Of a stretch of DNA of 64,000 bases, positions 9,791 through 19,299 are shown piece by piece. The stretch lies in assembly GCA_963709475.1 (NCBI GenBank), contig CAVPWI010000009.1:276625-340624 (forward strand). The letters run 5' to 3'. This stretch comes from an uncultured Solirubrobacterales bacterium (GTDB taxonomy: Bacteria > Actinomycetota > Thermoleophilia > Solirubrobacterales > 70-9). Position 1 is the first letter of the stretch. Each line of letters starts with the position of its first letter. The notes beneath the pieces are model-generated. The model was not told the DNA's origin and ran no database searches. It saw only the letters and a program-made list of their open reading frames with translations. The position numbers and the translations under genes were made by a program.

Positions 9791-10444
9791 GTGCGAGCGA
9801 AGCCGGCAGGCCCACTGATCGCCGTGATCGCGGTCGCGGTTCCGCTGGTCATCCTCGGCAACGCGCTGATCGTCCTGCTGATCCCCTGGTTCGCCAACTT
9901 CCAGTACGCACTCCCGGGCTTCCCGGACGACCCCTTCGGCTTGTCCGGGAGCGACCGCTCAGCGCTCGGGGCGACCGGCATCCGCTCGATCTGGCCGGTC
10001 GGCCCCGGAATCGAACTCCTGGTCGACGCCAGGCTGCCGGACGGCTCGGCTGCATTCGGGCCGGTCGAGATCAGGCACATGGACGACGTGCGCGGCCTCG
10101 TCCAGGCCTGCTTCCTGCTCTGGATCGTCTCGCTCGCGGCCGGCGGTGCCTCGCTGTTCCGTCTCCGGCAGACCGGCCGGGCCGAGGCGATCGGGCGCGG
10201 ACTATGGCTCGGGGCGACCATCACGATCTGTGCGATGGCCGTTATCGGCATCGCGATGCTGGTCGCCTTCGAGCCGGTCTTCGACGGGTTCCACGAGATC
10301 TTCTTCGAGCCGGGCACCTGGCAGTTCGGCGATGAAGAGACCCTCCGGCGGCTCTACCCGGACGCCTTCTGGGGTATTGCCTCAGGTCTGCTGGCTGCGC
10401 TCGCCCTCGGACAGGCCGTCCTGCTCTGGCTCAAGACGCGGTAG
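9791..10444 (+). CDS. TIGR01906/DUF1461-family integral membrane protein (Lit-like)
   Basis: GTG start, four hydrophobic segments and a conserved E..HM.DV motif (VEIRHMDDVRGLV). Confidence 0.6.
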   Translation: MRAKPAGPLIAVIAVAVPLVILGNALIVLLIPWFANFQYALPGFPDDPFGLSGSDRSALGATGIRSIWPVGPGIELLVDARLPDGSAAFGPVEIRHMDDVRGLVQACFLLWIVSLAAGGASLFRLRQTGRAEAIGRGLWLGATITICAMAVIGIAMLVAFEPVFDGFHEIFFEPGTWQFGDEETLRRLYPDAFWGIASGLLAALALGQAVLLWLKTR

Positions 10445-10507
10445 CCGTCCGGCTCTGGCAAACGGCTTGCCGATTCCGACCGCGGCGGCCCTTACTCTCC
10501 TGCGCCC

Positions 10508-12283
10508 TTGACTTCATCAGCATCCCCGATCGACTCCGGGCCGGCGCAGACCGGTTTCGAAACCGCTGCTGCGGGCGCCGGGGCAGCCCTGCCCGAATGG
10601 CCGTCCGGCCGGGCGCTCAGGTCCTGGCAGCAGCGGGCGCTGGAGGCCGTACGCAGCCACACCAGGCCGAGCTTTCTCGCTTCGGCGACGCCGGCCGCGG
10701 GCAAGACCACCTTCGGCCTCAAGGTCGCGCACGAGATGCTGTTGAGCGGGAGGGTGCGCCGGGTCGTGGTCGTGGGACCGACCACCCACATCTGTCGGCA
10801 ATGGGCACTGGACGCAGCCCGCTACGGGATCGACCTCGAACCGAACCGGCCGAATGCCGACGGCCCGGAGACCAGCGACTTCCACGGCGTCGCAGTCACC
10901 TACCAGACGGTGGCGTCTGCTCCGGAGGCCCACCGCAGCGCAGCAAGGCGCCCGACCCTGGTGATCGCCGACGAGCCTCATCACATGGGCGAGCAGGCCA
11001 GCTGGGGCACCAGTGCCCGGCGGGCTTTCGGCGAAGCGAGCTTCCGGCTGCTGCTCTCGGGGACCCCTTTCCGCTCCGACGACGAGGCGATCCCCTGGGT
11101 CCGCTACGACGACGAAGGACTGAGCTCAGCTGATTTCACCTACGGCTATCCGGACGCGCTGGTCGATCGGGTCTGCCGTCCGATTACCTTCCTTCCCTAC
11201 GACGGCGAGATGGAGTGGATCAGTGACGGCCAGATGCGCAGCGCCGACTTCGACCTGGTCCTCCCGGCGGCCGAGTCGGCACGCCGCCTGCGGACGGCGC
11301 TGGACGCCGGTGGTGAATGGATGGGCAAGGTGCTCGCTGAAGCCGACCGCCGCCTGAGCGAGGTACGGGCGGCCGGCCACCCGGATGCCGGCGGTCTGGT
11401 GGTCGCCTCCGACCAGGACCACGCCCGGGCGATCGCCCGGAGGCTCAACCTCGTCGCCGGAGAGCTGCCCGAGATCGTGATGAGCGACGAGCCCGGTGCC
11501 AGCGCCCGCATCGCCTCCTTCGCCGCCTCAGACGAACGCTGGCTGGTCTCGGTGCTGATGGTCTCGGAGGGAGTCGATATCCCCCGGCTGCGGGTCGGCG
11601 TCTACGCCACTGCGGCCAGGACGGAGCTCTTCTTCAGGCAGGTCGTCGGTCGCTTCATCCGTACCACCCCCAGCCCGGCCCGCCAGATGAGCTACCTGCT
11701 GCTGCCCGCCGACGGTCGGCTCAAGCAGCTCGCGGTAGAGATCGAGCGTGAGCGCCGCCACGCGATCGACCTCGCACCCGGCCTGAAGGACGAGCTGATC
11801 GAGCTCGACGCCGAAGTCCCGGAGCGCCCCGAGCCGGGCAGCTCCTTTCAGGCACTCAGTTCGAGTGCGGCCGAACTCGACGAGGCGATCCTCACCCAGA
11901 CGACGATGCAGCTGTTCGCCACCGACGATGTCGAGGAGGAGGTCGCTTCGGTGTCGGCGATCACCGGCAAGGTCTCTTCGATCCCGGTCCCCTCAGAATC
12001 AAAGCCGGGTTCGAAGCGGTCCGGCTCGAAGATTCGCGGGGGAGACCCGGGCCCTTCGCCGTCCGAACCCTCCAAGCCGAAGCGGGAGTCGGCTTTCGCT
12101 GCGCGCGAGCGGCTCCGCGGCGAGCGCAGCGAAATGGTCGCCGACGTCTCCAGGAGGACCGGCGAGAGCCATCGTGAGGTCCACGCCAGGATCAACCGCC
12201 TGACCGGCGCCACCTCGGTGGGCAAGGCCACGCGTGAGCAGTTGGCGAAGGGAAACTCCATCCTGCTGCGAGACCTTTCCTGA
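10508..12283 (+). CDS. superfamily-2 DEAD/DEAH-box helicase
   Basis: Walker A ATPAAGKTT, motif II ADEPHH, motif III SGTPFR and C-terminal helicase lobe VSEGVDIPRL. TTG start. Acidic/low-complexity linker and a short basic tail. Confidence 0.8.
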   Translation: MTSSASPIDSGPAQTGFETAAAGAGAALPEWPSGRALRSWQQRALEAVRSHTRPSFLASATPAAGKTTFGLKVAHEMLLSGRVRRVVVVGPTTHICRQWALDAARYGIDLEPNRPNADGPETSDFHGVAVTYQTVASAPEAHRSAARRPTLVIADEPHHMGEQASWGTSARRAFGEASFRLLLSGTPFRSDDEAIPWVRYDDEGLSSADFTYGYPDALVDRVCRPITFLPYDGEMEWISDGQMRSADFDLVLPAAESARRLRTALDAGGEWMGKVLAEADRRLSEVRAAGHPDAGGLVVASDQDHARAIARRLNLVAGELPEIVMSDEPGASARIASFAASDERWLVSVLMVSEGVDIPRLRVGVYATAARTELFFRQVVGRFIRTTPSPARQMSYLLLPADGRLKQLAVEIERERRHAIDLAPGLKDELIELDAEVPERPEPGSSFQALSSSAAELDEAILTQTTMQLFATDDVEEEVASVSAITGKVSSIPVPSESKPGSKRSGSKIRGGDPGPSPSEPSKPKRESAFAARERLRGERSEMVADVSRRTGESHREVHARINRLTGATSVGKATREQLAKGNSILLRDLS

Positions 12284-12328
12284 CCGGCTTCCCTTCCCGA
12301 AACGGCGCCGATCGGTTACGTTCGCGCC

Positions 12329-12940
12329 ATGACGATCAAGCGCTTCGCCGAACACTTCCGGGCCAACCTCGTCGCCTACCTGGCGCTCTTCGTCGCCCTC
12401 GGAGGCACGTCCTATGCCGTCACCGACGGCGCCCAGGTCTCGTCGAAGGCCTCCGGCAAGCAGGTCTACGCCTGCGTCACCAAGAAATTCAAGACGCTCA
12501 ACCTGAGCACAGCGAACGCCACATGTCCGAACGGCCAGCGCAAGATCTCCTGGAGCAGGACAGGGCCCCGGGGCAAGCCCGGCGCCCGGGGGCCGCGCGG
12601 CGCCCGCGGGCCGGAGGGCCAGAGGGGTCCGGCCGGTCTGGACGGAAGCCCGGGGGCACCGGGGTCAGACGGCGCAGCCGGGCCTACCGGGCCGACGGGA
12701 GTGACCGGGGCGATCGGGCCTCAGGGCATCCCTGGACCTCCGGGACCCCCAGGACAGCCCGGGCAGCTCGGACCTCCCGGACAGCCAGGGCCCGTCGGCC
12801 CCACCGGCCCCACCGGTCCTGCCTTTGGGACGACAGGCACGACCGGGACGACCGGCATAACCGGGCCGACGGGCGCCACCGGCGCGACCGGCCTGATCGG
12901 CGGGACCGGGGGTACAGGGGGGACCGGGGGTCCGGGATAA
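12329..12940 (+). CDS. membrane-anchored collagen-like (Gly-X-Y repeat) protein
   Basis: N-terminal TM segment ([13 protein letters not shown]) and a small two-Cys region. About 41 Gly-X-Y triplets then run from about nt 12563 to the stop, with one 1-residue interruption. Confidence 0.75.
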   Translation: MTIKRFAEHFRANLVAYLALFVALGGTSYAVTDGAQVSSKASGKQVYACVTKKFKTLNLSTANATCPNGQRKISWSRTGPRGKPGARGPRGARGPEGQRGPAGLDGSPGAPGSDGAAGPTGPTGVTGAIGPQGIPGPPGPPGQPGQLGPPGQPGPVGPTGPTGPAFGTTGTTGTTGITGPTGATGATGLIGGTGGTGGTGGPG

Positions 12941-12976
12941 CCGGTCCGACGCTTCCCGGGCTTCGGTGACCGCTCT

Positions 12977-14929
12977 TCAGTCTGCCTGGGCCGACCAGTA
13001 CGCGCCCAGGCGGGCTGTGAAGGCTTCCGGCTCTTCGGCGTAGAGGCGCCTGGCGATCGGCAGCGCCCGGTCGAGCAGTCCTGACTGGCGGTCGAGGATC
13101 GTCGCGCTGAGAACGGAGAGGTCTTCGGTCTGCGAAGGACGCCTCTCGATCTCGTCGAGGAGGACGGAAAGGTCGTTGTAATCACCGAGGATCTCGGCCA
13201 GGTCGTCTGCCGCGGCGGTCGGACCGGCGAGGCCCTCGGGCCAGGCATCCTGGAAGAGGCGCAGCGCGTACCACAGTTCCTTGACCCTCTTTCGCAGAGC
13301 ATGTACGTCGTCCCGCTCAGGCACCCCCTGGTCGGCTGAATGCCGCTCGGTTGCCGCAAGGGCTTTGCGTCCGCCGCGGTAGGAGCGGGTCAGGCCGCCT
13401 TCGAACAGGCTCCAGTCGGACCCTTCCAGTGGCCATCCGGGAATGTGCTCGCCGCCGGCCTCGATCTCGTCGGCGACCCGGTCGATCGTCTCGTCGAGCG
13501 AAGCATCGTCGGCCGAAGCCGACACGGAGTGGCGGCGCAGGTCGAGGTCGGCGACCAGGCGGTCGACCGGAGGCGCGCCTTCCGGGTAGTCCTCGAGTAC
13601 CGAAGCCAGGGTGCCGGCCAGAACTTCGGCGTCGCGTGATTCGGACAGCTGTTTCGCGGCGTCCCTGAAACGGGAGCTCTCGCGACGGTAGGCCTTCTTG
13701 CCCAGTTCGCCGCGGACCAGGGTGAGGACAGCGCGCAGCTTCTTCATGTCCTTGCGGGCGGTGTGGATCGCGTCCGCCCGGTTTTCGGACGGCATCCGCC
13801 GGAGGCTCGAAACGGCCGAGTCGACCCTGCCCTGCGCCACCCGGCGCACTTCTTCCACCGGGTCTCCTGGGCCGAGCCGGTAGCGAGCCTCCATGACCCG
13901 CTCGCGGCCCGGCTCAGACGCTCCAAAGGCAGGGCGGACAGACGTGGTATTCACGGCTGCGGGGACCTCCGGTTCAGCTTCTTCCGCCGTATCCTCCTCC
14001 GGCCCGACCGGCTCACCGATCTCGATCGTGAACTCCGCGACATCGGTCTGTCCCGGTTCGACCGAGGTCAGGTCACGGCCGCTGATCAGGGCGTTGGTCG
14101 GAGCCTTCATCGGCTCGAAGCAGATGAAGTCAGAGTCCCGGGGCGAGTAGACCTGGGCGGCGTTGAAACCCTGCTTCAGCTCGACCGTCAGCCGGGTACT
14201 TTCATCCGCCACCCAGAACTCGGCTGCTTCGGCCACCCCGGTGAAGGCGTCATCGAGGTCCCGGTCCGCCAGGCTGAACCGGTTCGCCTCGACGGGGGAG
14301 CTGTTCCCGGTCGGAATCTGACGGGAGTCAGTCTCCAGCGAGGTCATCGCCGGCAGGCTCACTTCCCAGCTGTCGCGGTCGGAGCCCGGAAGGGTCAGGT
14401 AAGGGTGGAATCCGTAGGCGAGCGGCACCGCGAAGTCGCCGGTCGGGGTGACGGACGTACGCACCGACAGCCGCCGGCCGGAAAGGCCGAACTCTAGTTC
14501 GAGGCGATGGGGGAAAGGGAAGGTGCTGAGGAGTTCGGGGTGGTCACCGAACTCGAGGGTGGCTCTGACCCTGGCCGAAGTCATGTCGTCGTCGGCCGAT
14601 GCTTCCCCGACTTTCCAGAAGGGCGAAGCAGCGAGCGTTCCATGGATCGCCAGCCCGTTCTCGTCGCGCTTGACCCGGTAGGCACCGGGGTCGATCCTGG
14701 CCGGACGCTGGCCGAACTTCCATGAATCCCTGGCCAGGCGGTTCGCCCACGGGTAGAGGATCGGTATTCCCATGGTGCTGCCCGACGCGACGTATTCACC
14801 GAGACCACCCCGCTGCGCGAGGTACTCCCGGCCCTCGAATGCGAGCGATACGCAGATCATCCCGGCGCCCGGGACGAAGGTGGCCGAGAGCCCGCTGCCC
14901 GAGTCGAGCCTGATCGCCTTGAACGCCAT
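12977..14929 (-). CDS. aldose 1-epimerase-like domain fused to a CHAD domain
   Basis: The N-terminal ~300 aa are mutarotase-like (IPILYPWANRL, GFHPYL). The C-terminal ~300 aa carry two CHAD signature helices (IHTARKDMKKLRAVL, VHALRKRVKELWYALRLF). Start taken at ATG 14929; an upstream ATG at 14947 is also in frame. Confidence 0.7.
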   Translation of the reverse strand: MAFKAIRLDSGSGLSATFVPGAGMICVSLAFEGREYLAQRGGLGEYVASGSTMGIPILYPWANRLARDSWKFGQRPARIDPGAYRVKRDENGLAIHGTLAASPFWKVGEASADDDMTSARVRATLEFGDHPELLSTFPFPHRLELEFGLSGRRLSVRTSVTPTGDFAVPLAYGFHPYLTLPGSDRDSWEVSLPAMTSLETDSRQIPTGNSSPVEANRFSLADRDLDDAFTGVAEAAEFWVADESTRLTVELKQGFNAAQVYSPRDSDFICFEPMKAPTNALISGRDLTSVEPGQTDVAEFTIEIGEPVGPEEDTAEEAEPEVPAAVNTTSVRPAFGASEPGRERVMEARYRLGPGDPVEEVRRVAQGRVDSAVSSLRRMPSENRADAIHTARKDMKKLRAVLTLVRGELGKKAYRRESSRFRDAAKQLSESRDAEVLAGTLASVLEDYPEGAPPVDRLVADLDLRRHSVSASADDASLDETIDRVADEIEAGGEHIPGWPLEGSDWSLFEGGLTRSYRGGRKALAATERHSADQGVPERDDVHALRKRVKELWYALRLFQDAWPEGLAGPTAAADDLAEILGDYNDLSVLLDEIERRPSQTEDLSVLSATILDRQSGLLDRALPIARRLYAEEPEAFTARLGAYWSAQAD

Positions 14930-14935
14930 GGGGTA

Positions 14936-15907
14936 ATGATGAACCATGAAAGCGACTCGGGTGTTACCGAAAATCGATCGCAGTCAAAGGCCGGCCTGAC
15001 CGGCCGTGGCTCCACTCACCCGCTGACCGCTGCGGTCGAGAAGGCCCTCGGTCGGACGGTTACGGCCGTTGAAGCCTGCCCCGGGGGCGACATCAACCTG
15101 GCCTTCCGAATCGAACTCGAAGGGGGCACCCCGGCCTTTCTCAAGTGCCGCTCCGGGGCCCGGACCGAAGAGTTCATCGAAGAGGCCGCGGGGCTGAGAT
15201 GGCTTGCGGAGGCAGAAGGGCTGCCCGTACCGGGGGTACTGGCGGTGCTGGATGACGATTCCTGTCCCGGTCTGATGCTCGAATGGCTGGAGGCCGGCCG
15301 GTCACTCTCCGGAGAAGGCTGGCAGGAGCTGGGGCGGGGCCTCGCGGCGGTTCACCTCGCCGGCGCTGAATTCCACGGGCAGCGCCCGGGCGGGGCCTCG
15401 GTGCTCGATCTGAGGCTGGGTGATGCGCTGCTGGTCGCGCCCTGTGAGGGGCGTCGGCAGCAGGGTTTCGCCGAGCTCTACGCGACCAGGATCGAAGCGC
15501 TGGCGGCGCAGGCACTGTCCGGTGGCGGGCTCGACCGTGAAGGTGCGGCGGCCATATCCAGGCTGGCTGGGCAGATTGAGCACTTCGCCGGGCCTCCGGT
15601 CCCCCCGGCGAGGCTGCACGGGGACCTATGGTCGGGCAATGTCATGGCGGACCTCACCGGCCGACCCTGGCTGATCGACCCGGCGCCCTATGGCGGTCAC
15701 CCCGAGGTTGACCTGGCGATGCTGGACCTGTTCGGCTCGCCGCCTCCGGGCTTCATCGCTGCATATGGCGAGGTCGCACCGCTGCCCGACGGGGCCGCGG
15801 AAAGGACCCGCCTCTGGCAGATCCAGCCGCTGCTGGTTCACGCCGTGTTGTTCGGCGGCCATTACGGGGCGTCCGCGGCGCGGGCCGCGGCCGGCTACAC
15901 CGGCTAG
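14936..15907 (+). CDS. fructosamine/ketosamine kinase family protein
   Basis: GGDIN...F.K N-lobe pattern and catalytic HGDLWSGNVM motif. The exact start is uncertain. Confidence 0.75.
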   Translation: MMNHESDSGVTENRSQSKAGLTGRGSTHPLTAAVEKALGRTVTAVEACPGGDINLAFRIELEGGTPAFLKCRSGARTEEFIEEAAGLRWLAEAEGLPVPGVLAVLDDDSCPGLMLEWLEAGRSLSGEGWQELGRGLAAVHLAGAEFHGQRPGGASVLDLRLGDALLVAPCEGRRQQGFAELYATRIEALAAQALSGGGLDREGAAAISRLAGQIEHFAGPPVPPARLHGDLWSGNVMADLTGRPWLIDPAPYGGHPEVDLAMLDLFGSPPPGFIAAYGEVAPLPDGAAERTRLWQIQPLLVHAVLFGGHYGASAARAAAGYTG

Positions 15908-15929
15908 ACGAGGAGGGATCCGGTCAGGC

Positions 15930-16703
15930 CTAGTGCCCCGAGAAACGGGCCTGGCCGGGGCCCTTTTCGAGGAACGTACGCACCGCCCCCTGGAGGTCCT
16001 CGGTGGCGAACAGATCAGCCGCGTCGCGACGGGTCACCCGGTCCGCCGCCGGCACCCCGCCCTCTACGTAGGCCCGCAGGATTCGTTTGGTCATCGCGTG
16101 GGCGAGGGTCGGCCCATCAGCGAGCCGTTTCGAAAGCTCCCTCGCCTTCTCCTGAAGCTGGTCGTCTGGGTGTACCTCGTTGACCACGTTCCACCGTTCC
16201 AGCGTGGCCGCGTCGAAGAGCCCGCCGGTCATGACCAGCTGGCGGGCCCGGCCTGAGCCTGCTCGTTCAGCCAGTCGCTGTGGTCCGCCCATTGAGGGGG
16301 TCAGGCCGACCACGATCTCGACCAGGCCGAAGCTGGCCGACTCCGAGGCAAGGATCAGGTCGCAGGCGAGTGAAAGTTCGAAGGCGGCGGTCAGGGTGAG
16401 GCCGTGGGCGGCGAAGACGACCGGAAGCGGCAGGGCTTCGATCCGGTCGATCAGTCCGAGCAGGTCGGACCAGAGCTTGGAGCCGCGCTCGGGGCTGAGG
16501 CCTTCGAACTCGGCGACGTTGACGCCACCTGATACGACCCTGCCTTCCGCCCTGATCAGCAGCGCCCTCGGGGTGTCGTTCCGGATGTCTTCGATCGCCG
16601 CGTCGAGATCGGTGATCAGTTCCGCGTCGAACAGGTTCAAAGGTGGGCTGTCGATGGTGATGGTTGCCAGCGGTCCGTCCCGGTCGAGTGTCGCGAGGCT
16701 CAT
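15930..16703 (-). CDS. enoyl-CoA hydratase/isomerase family protein
   Basis: Crotonase fold pattern (SGGVNVAEF, VVFAAHGLTLTAAFELSLACD). The start overlaps the PucR stop by 4 nt. Confidence 0.8.
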   Translation of the reverse strand: MSLATLDRDGPLATITIDSPPLNLFDAELITDLDAAIEDIRNDTPRALLIRAEGRVVSGGVNVAEFEGLSPERGSKLWSDLLGLIDRIEALPLPVVFAAHGLTLTAAFELSLACDLILASESASFGLVEIVVGLTPSMGGPQRLAERAGSGRARQLVMTGGLFDAATLERWNVVNEVHPDDQLQEKARELSKRLADGPTLAHAMTKRILRAYVEGGVPAADRVTRRDAADLFATEDLQGAVRTFLEKGPGQARFSGH

Positions 16704-17869
16704 CTGTCTTCCTTTCCGCGGAGCGAGAGCTCCAGTTCGAATCTGGATTCGGGGTCGTCGAGGGTGTCGCCGAAGAGCTCTCGCAGCCGGGCCACCCGGT
16801 AGCGCGCGGTCTGGGGGTGGATGTGGAGGGCGCGAGCCATTTCGGCGGCGTTGCCGCGATGGTCGAGCCAGGCCGCTGTGGTTTCCGCCATTCGGGCCCT
16901 CGCGTTCGGGGTCAGCTCCTCAAGAGGGGCGAGGCGGTCCTTTCCGAGCCTGGTGATCAGGTCGCGGCTCTCGAAAAGGGTCAGCTCGACCAGGTGCTCG
17001 TCGACCCGGATCAGGCCGCCTGAAGGGATCGAGCCGGCTTCGATCGCCCGCAGGGCGCTCCTGGCCAGGCGCCAGGATCCAGCCAGCTCGGTGGGCGCCG
17101 ACTCGGGCCCCAGCGCCGCCGCCCGATCCCCGACGGCCTTCTCGAGGACCCTCAGACGACCCGGGCCGCCGGAGTCCGGAATGACTACACAGCCGGTCGC
17201 ATCGACCGTGGCCGAGATCACTTCGCTCGGGAGGAAGCGGGTGATCTCGGCCAGGTCGCGCTCGTGGCAGGAAAGAGTTGAGGCGCTCCTCGGAATCCGC
17301 CATTCTGCGGCGGCACAGAGAGGCTCGAGTTCGGCGGTGGTCGCCGGTGGGGAACGAAGCAGGGCGCTGACCAGCTGGCGCTGCTTGCGGAACCGCTCAC
17401 CGAGGCTCTCCGACTGCGCCTCGGCGAATCCCTCGGTGGAATCTGAGGAAAGCTCGTTGATGTAGACGAAGATCGATTCGGCCAGGAGGCTCAGTGTCTT
17501 GCCGTCCAGGCCCCGCTCGAGGCCCGCGGCGGCGATCCTGCGCCAGGCGATCCTCGCGCCTACACGGTACGCGGCCTGTAGTGAATCGAGCGCACGGCCG
17601 GCCCTGAACTCGCCCCGACCCAGTTCGAAATAGACCTCGCGTCCGGGCGCCCGGTCGGCATCGGGCTCGCGGATGACTTCGACGAACTGTCCGAGCGCCG
17701 CGGCGACGCCCCGGTGAACACCCCTGCCGAAGCTGCCCTCGAGCGGCATCGCGTATTCGGGGATCTCCCGGCCGATCGTGTCGAGGATCTCGGCTGAAAC
17801 CGCCGGAAGCTCCGGTTCGATCACTGCCGCGACCTCGGGATCGAGACCTCTCCATGGCTCTTTTTCCAA
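16700..17869 (-). CDS. PucR-family transcriptional regulator
   Basis: C-terminal PucR HTH (MARALHIHPQTARYRVARLRELFG). The TTG start at 17869 is uncertain; an in-frame GTG lies about 45 nt downstream. Confidence 0.75.
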   Translation of the reverse strand: MEKEPWRGLDPEVAAVIEPELPAVSAEILDTIGREIPEYAMPLEGSFGRGVHRGVAAALGQFVEVIREPDADRAPGREVYFELGRGEFRAGRALDSLQAAYRVGARIAWRRIAAAGLERGLDGKTLSLLAESIFVYINELSSDSTEGFAEAQSESLGERFRKQRQLVSALLRSPPATTAELEPLCAAAEWRIPRSASTLSCHERDLAEITRFLPSEVISATVDATGCVVIPDSGGPGRLRVLEKAVGDRAAALGPESAPTELAGSWRLARSALRAIEAGSIPSGGLIRVDEHLVELTLFESRDLITRLGKDRLAPLEELTPNARARMAETTAAWLDHRGNAAEMARALHIHPQTARYRVARLRELFGDTLDDPESRFELELSLRGKEDR

Positions 17870-17875
17870 AGAAAC

Positions 17876-17891
17876 TATAAGTTGACTTATA
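17876..17891. promoter_or_regulatory. perfect palindrome TATAAG-N4-CTTATA in the AT-rich divergent PucR/desaturase promoter region
   Basis: Read directly from the sequence. The half-site CTTATAA recurs at 17939-17945, next to a TATAAAT -10-like box 12 nt upstream of the desaturase ATG. Confidence 0.55.
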
Positions 17892-17958
17892 ACAACTGGG
17901 TCAGACGCTTTGATTGTTGGCTAAGAATTCGGGTTTGTCTTATAAATAGTCTGCCTCT

Positions 17959-18948
17959 ATGGAAAGTGCGAGTCAGACGGATCTGAATACCGGGGCGGGG
18001 CAGGCCGCCCCGGCCTCCGCGACCGCGGCCCCCGAAGCCGATATGGCCACGGTCGACAAGGTCGCGAACATGGTCTCGGTCGCGATCCCGTTCATCGCCA
18101 TGCTTGCGGCGATCGTCGTCTTCTGGAATCAGTTCGTCAGCCTGAGCGACCTTCTGATCCTGCTGGTCATGTACGTGTTGACCGGACTGGGGGTGACCGT
18201 GGGCTTCCACCGGCTGCTGACCCACCGCGCCTTCCAGACCTACCGGCCGATCCGCTACGGATTCGCCGCGCTCGGCTCGATGTCGGTCCAGGGGCCGGTC
18301 AACACCTGGGTCGCGGACCATCGCAAGCACCACGCTCACACCGACGTCGAGGGTGACCCGCACAGCCCCCACGTCGGTCACGGCGACGGAATCCGCGGGG
18401 TCATCGGCGGCCTCTGGTACGCCCACATCGGCTGGTCGTTCCGTGACCACGGTCTGGCTGATGAAAAGAAGTACGCACGCGAACTGAACGAGGACCCGGG
18501 GATGAGGTGGATCAGCAAGTACTTCCTGATCTTCCTCGTGATCAGCCTGATCATTCCCACCGCCGCCGGCTACCTGATCAGCGGCACCCTGGCCGGCGCC
18601 GCGACCGGCCTGCTGTGGGGCGGTCTGGTCCGGATCTTCCTGGTCCACCACATCACCTGGAGCATCAACTCGGTCTGCCACTTCATGGGTACCCGGCGAT
18701 TCGATACGGACGACTATTCGACCAACGTCTTCTGGCTCTCCCTGCCTTCTTTCGGCGAGTCGTGGCACCACAACCACCACGCCTTCCCCCGCTCGGCGAA
18801 CAACGGACTGCGCCGGAGGGAGCTGGACCCGTCGGCCTGGGTGATCACCGGCCTCGAGAAGCTCGGCCTTGCCTGGAACGTCGTCAGGGTCAGTGCCGAG
18901 CGGCAGCAGCAGCGCCTGGCCGGCGACGGTCCGCCCGATCCCGCCTGA
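17959..18948 (+). CDS. membrane acyl-CoA (delta-9-type) fatty acid desaturase
   Basis: Three His boxes (HRLLTH, HRKHHAHTD, HNHHAFP) and TM segments. DesA3-like. Confidence 0.85.
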   Translation: MESASQTDLNTGAGQAAPASATAAPEADMATVDKVANMVSVAIPFIAMLAAIVVFWNQFVSLSDLLILLVMYVLTGLGVTVGFHRLLTHRAFQTYRPIRYGFAALGSMSVQGPVNTWVADHRKHHAHTDVEGDPHSPHVGHGDGIRGVIGGLWYAHIGWSFRDHGLADEKKYARELNEDPGMRWISKYFLIFLVISLIIPTAAGYLISGTLAGAATGLLWGGLVRIFLVHHITWSINSVCHFMGTRRFDTDDYSTNVFWLSLPSFGESWHHNHHAFPRSANNGLRRRELDPSAWVITGLEKLGLAWNVVRVSAERQQQRLAGDGPPDPA

Positions 18949-19005
18949 ACCGCAGGGCCGGTTGCGCTAGTTTGGACCGATCGTGAACCGGGAAACGGAA
19001 AGACA

Positions 19006-19275
19006 ATGAACCTGCTCTTCAGACCGGTCGGCATTCTAGCCGGCTTTCTTGCGGGATTCATCGCGCGAAAGGTCTTCAGCCAGGTGTGGTCGGCGATCGA
19101 CGACACCGATCCGCCCGATGCCCAGGAGCTCGACATCCCCAAGGCCAAGTTCGTCGTCTCGCTGGCCCTCGAAGGAGTCATCTTCACGGTGGTCCGCGGG
19201 CTGGTCGACCACTACTCTCGGGTGGCCTTCTACCGCTACACCGGGGCCTGGCCCGGCGAAAGCGACCGGGACTGA
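19006..19275 (+). CDS. DUF4235 domain-containing protein
   Basis: 89 aa. The N-terminal LAGFLAG..ARKVF..VW and C-terminal TGAWPGE pattern is typical of DUF4235. Confidence 0.65.
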   Translation: MNLLFRPVGILAGFLAGFIARKVFSQVWSAIDDTDPPDAQELDIPKAKFVVSLALEGVIFTVVRGLVDHYSRVAFYRYTGAWPGESDRD

Positions 19276-19299
19276 CCTGAAACGGTCAGGCCGGAGCGT

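Noticed and set aside
10508-12283. SF2 helicase as part of a restriction or defence island together with the DNA methyltransferase
   Set aside because: The methyltransferase is 48 kb away. The helicase has no nuclease, methylase or specificity partner next to it; its neighbours are a membrane protein and a collagen-like protein. Nothing supports a defence role from the sequence alone.
14929-14947. 12-nt overlap of the divergent ORF starts (epimerase-CHAD and fructosamine kinase)
   Set aside because: This is most likely an artefact of choosing the longest ORFs. Using ATG 14929 for the minus-strand gene removes the overlap. The plus-strand start is itself uncertain.
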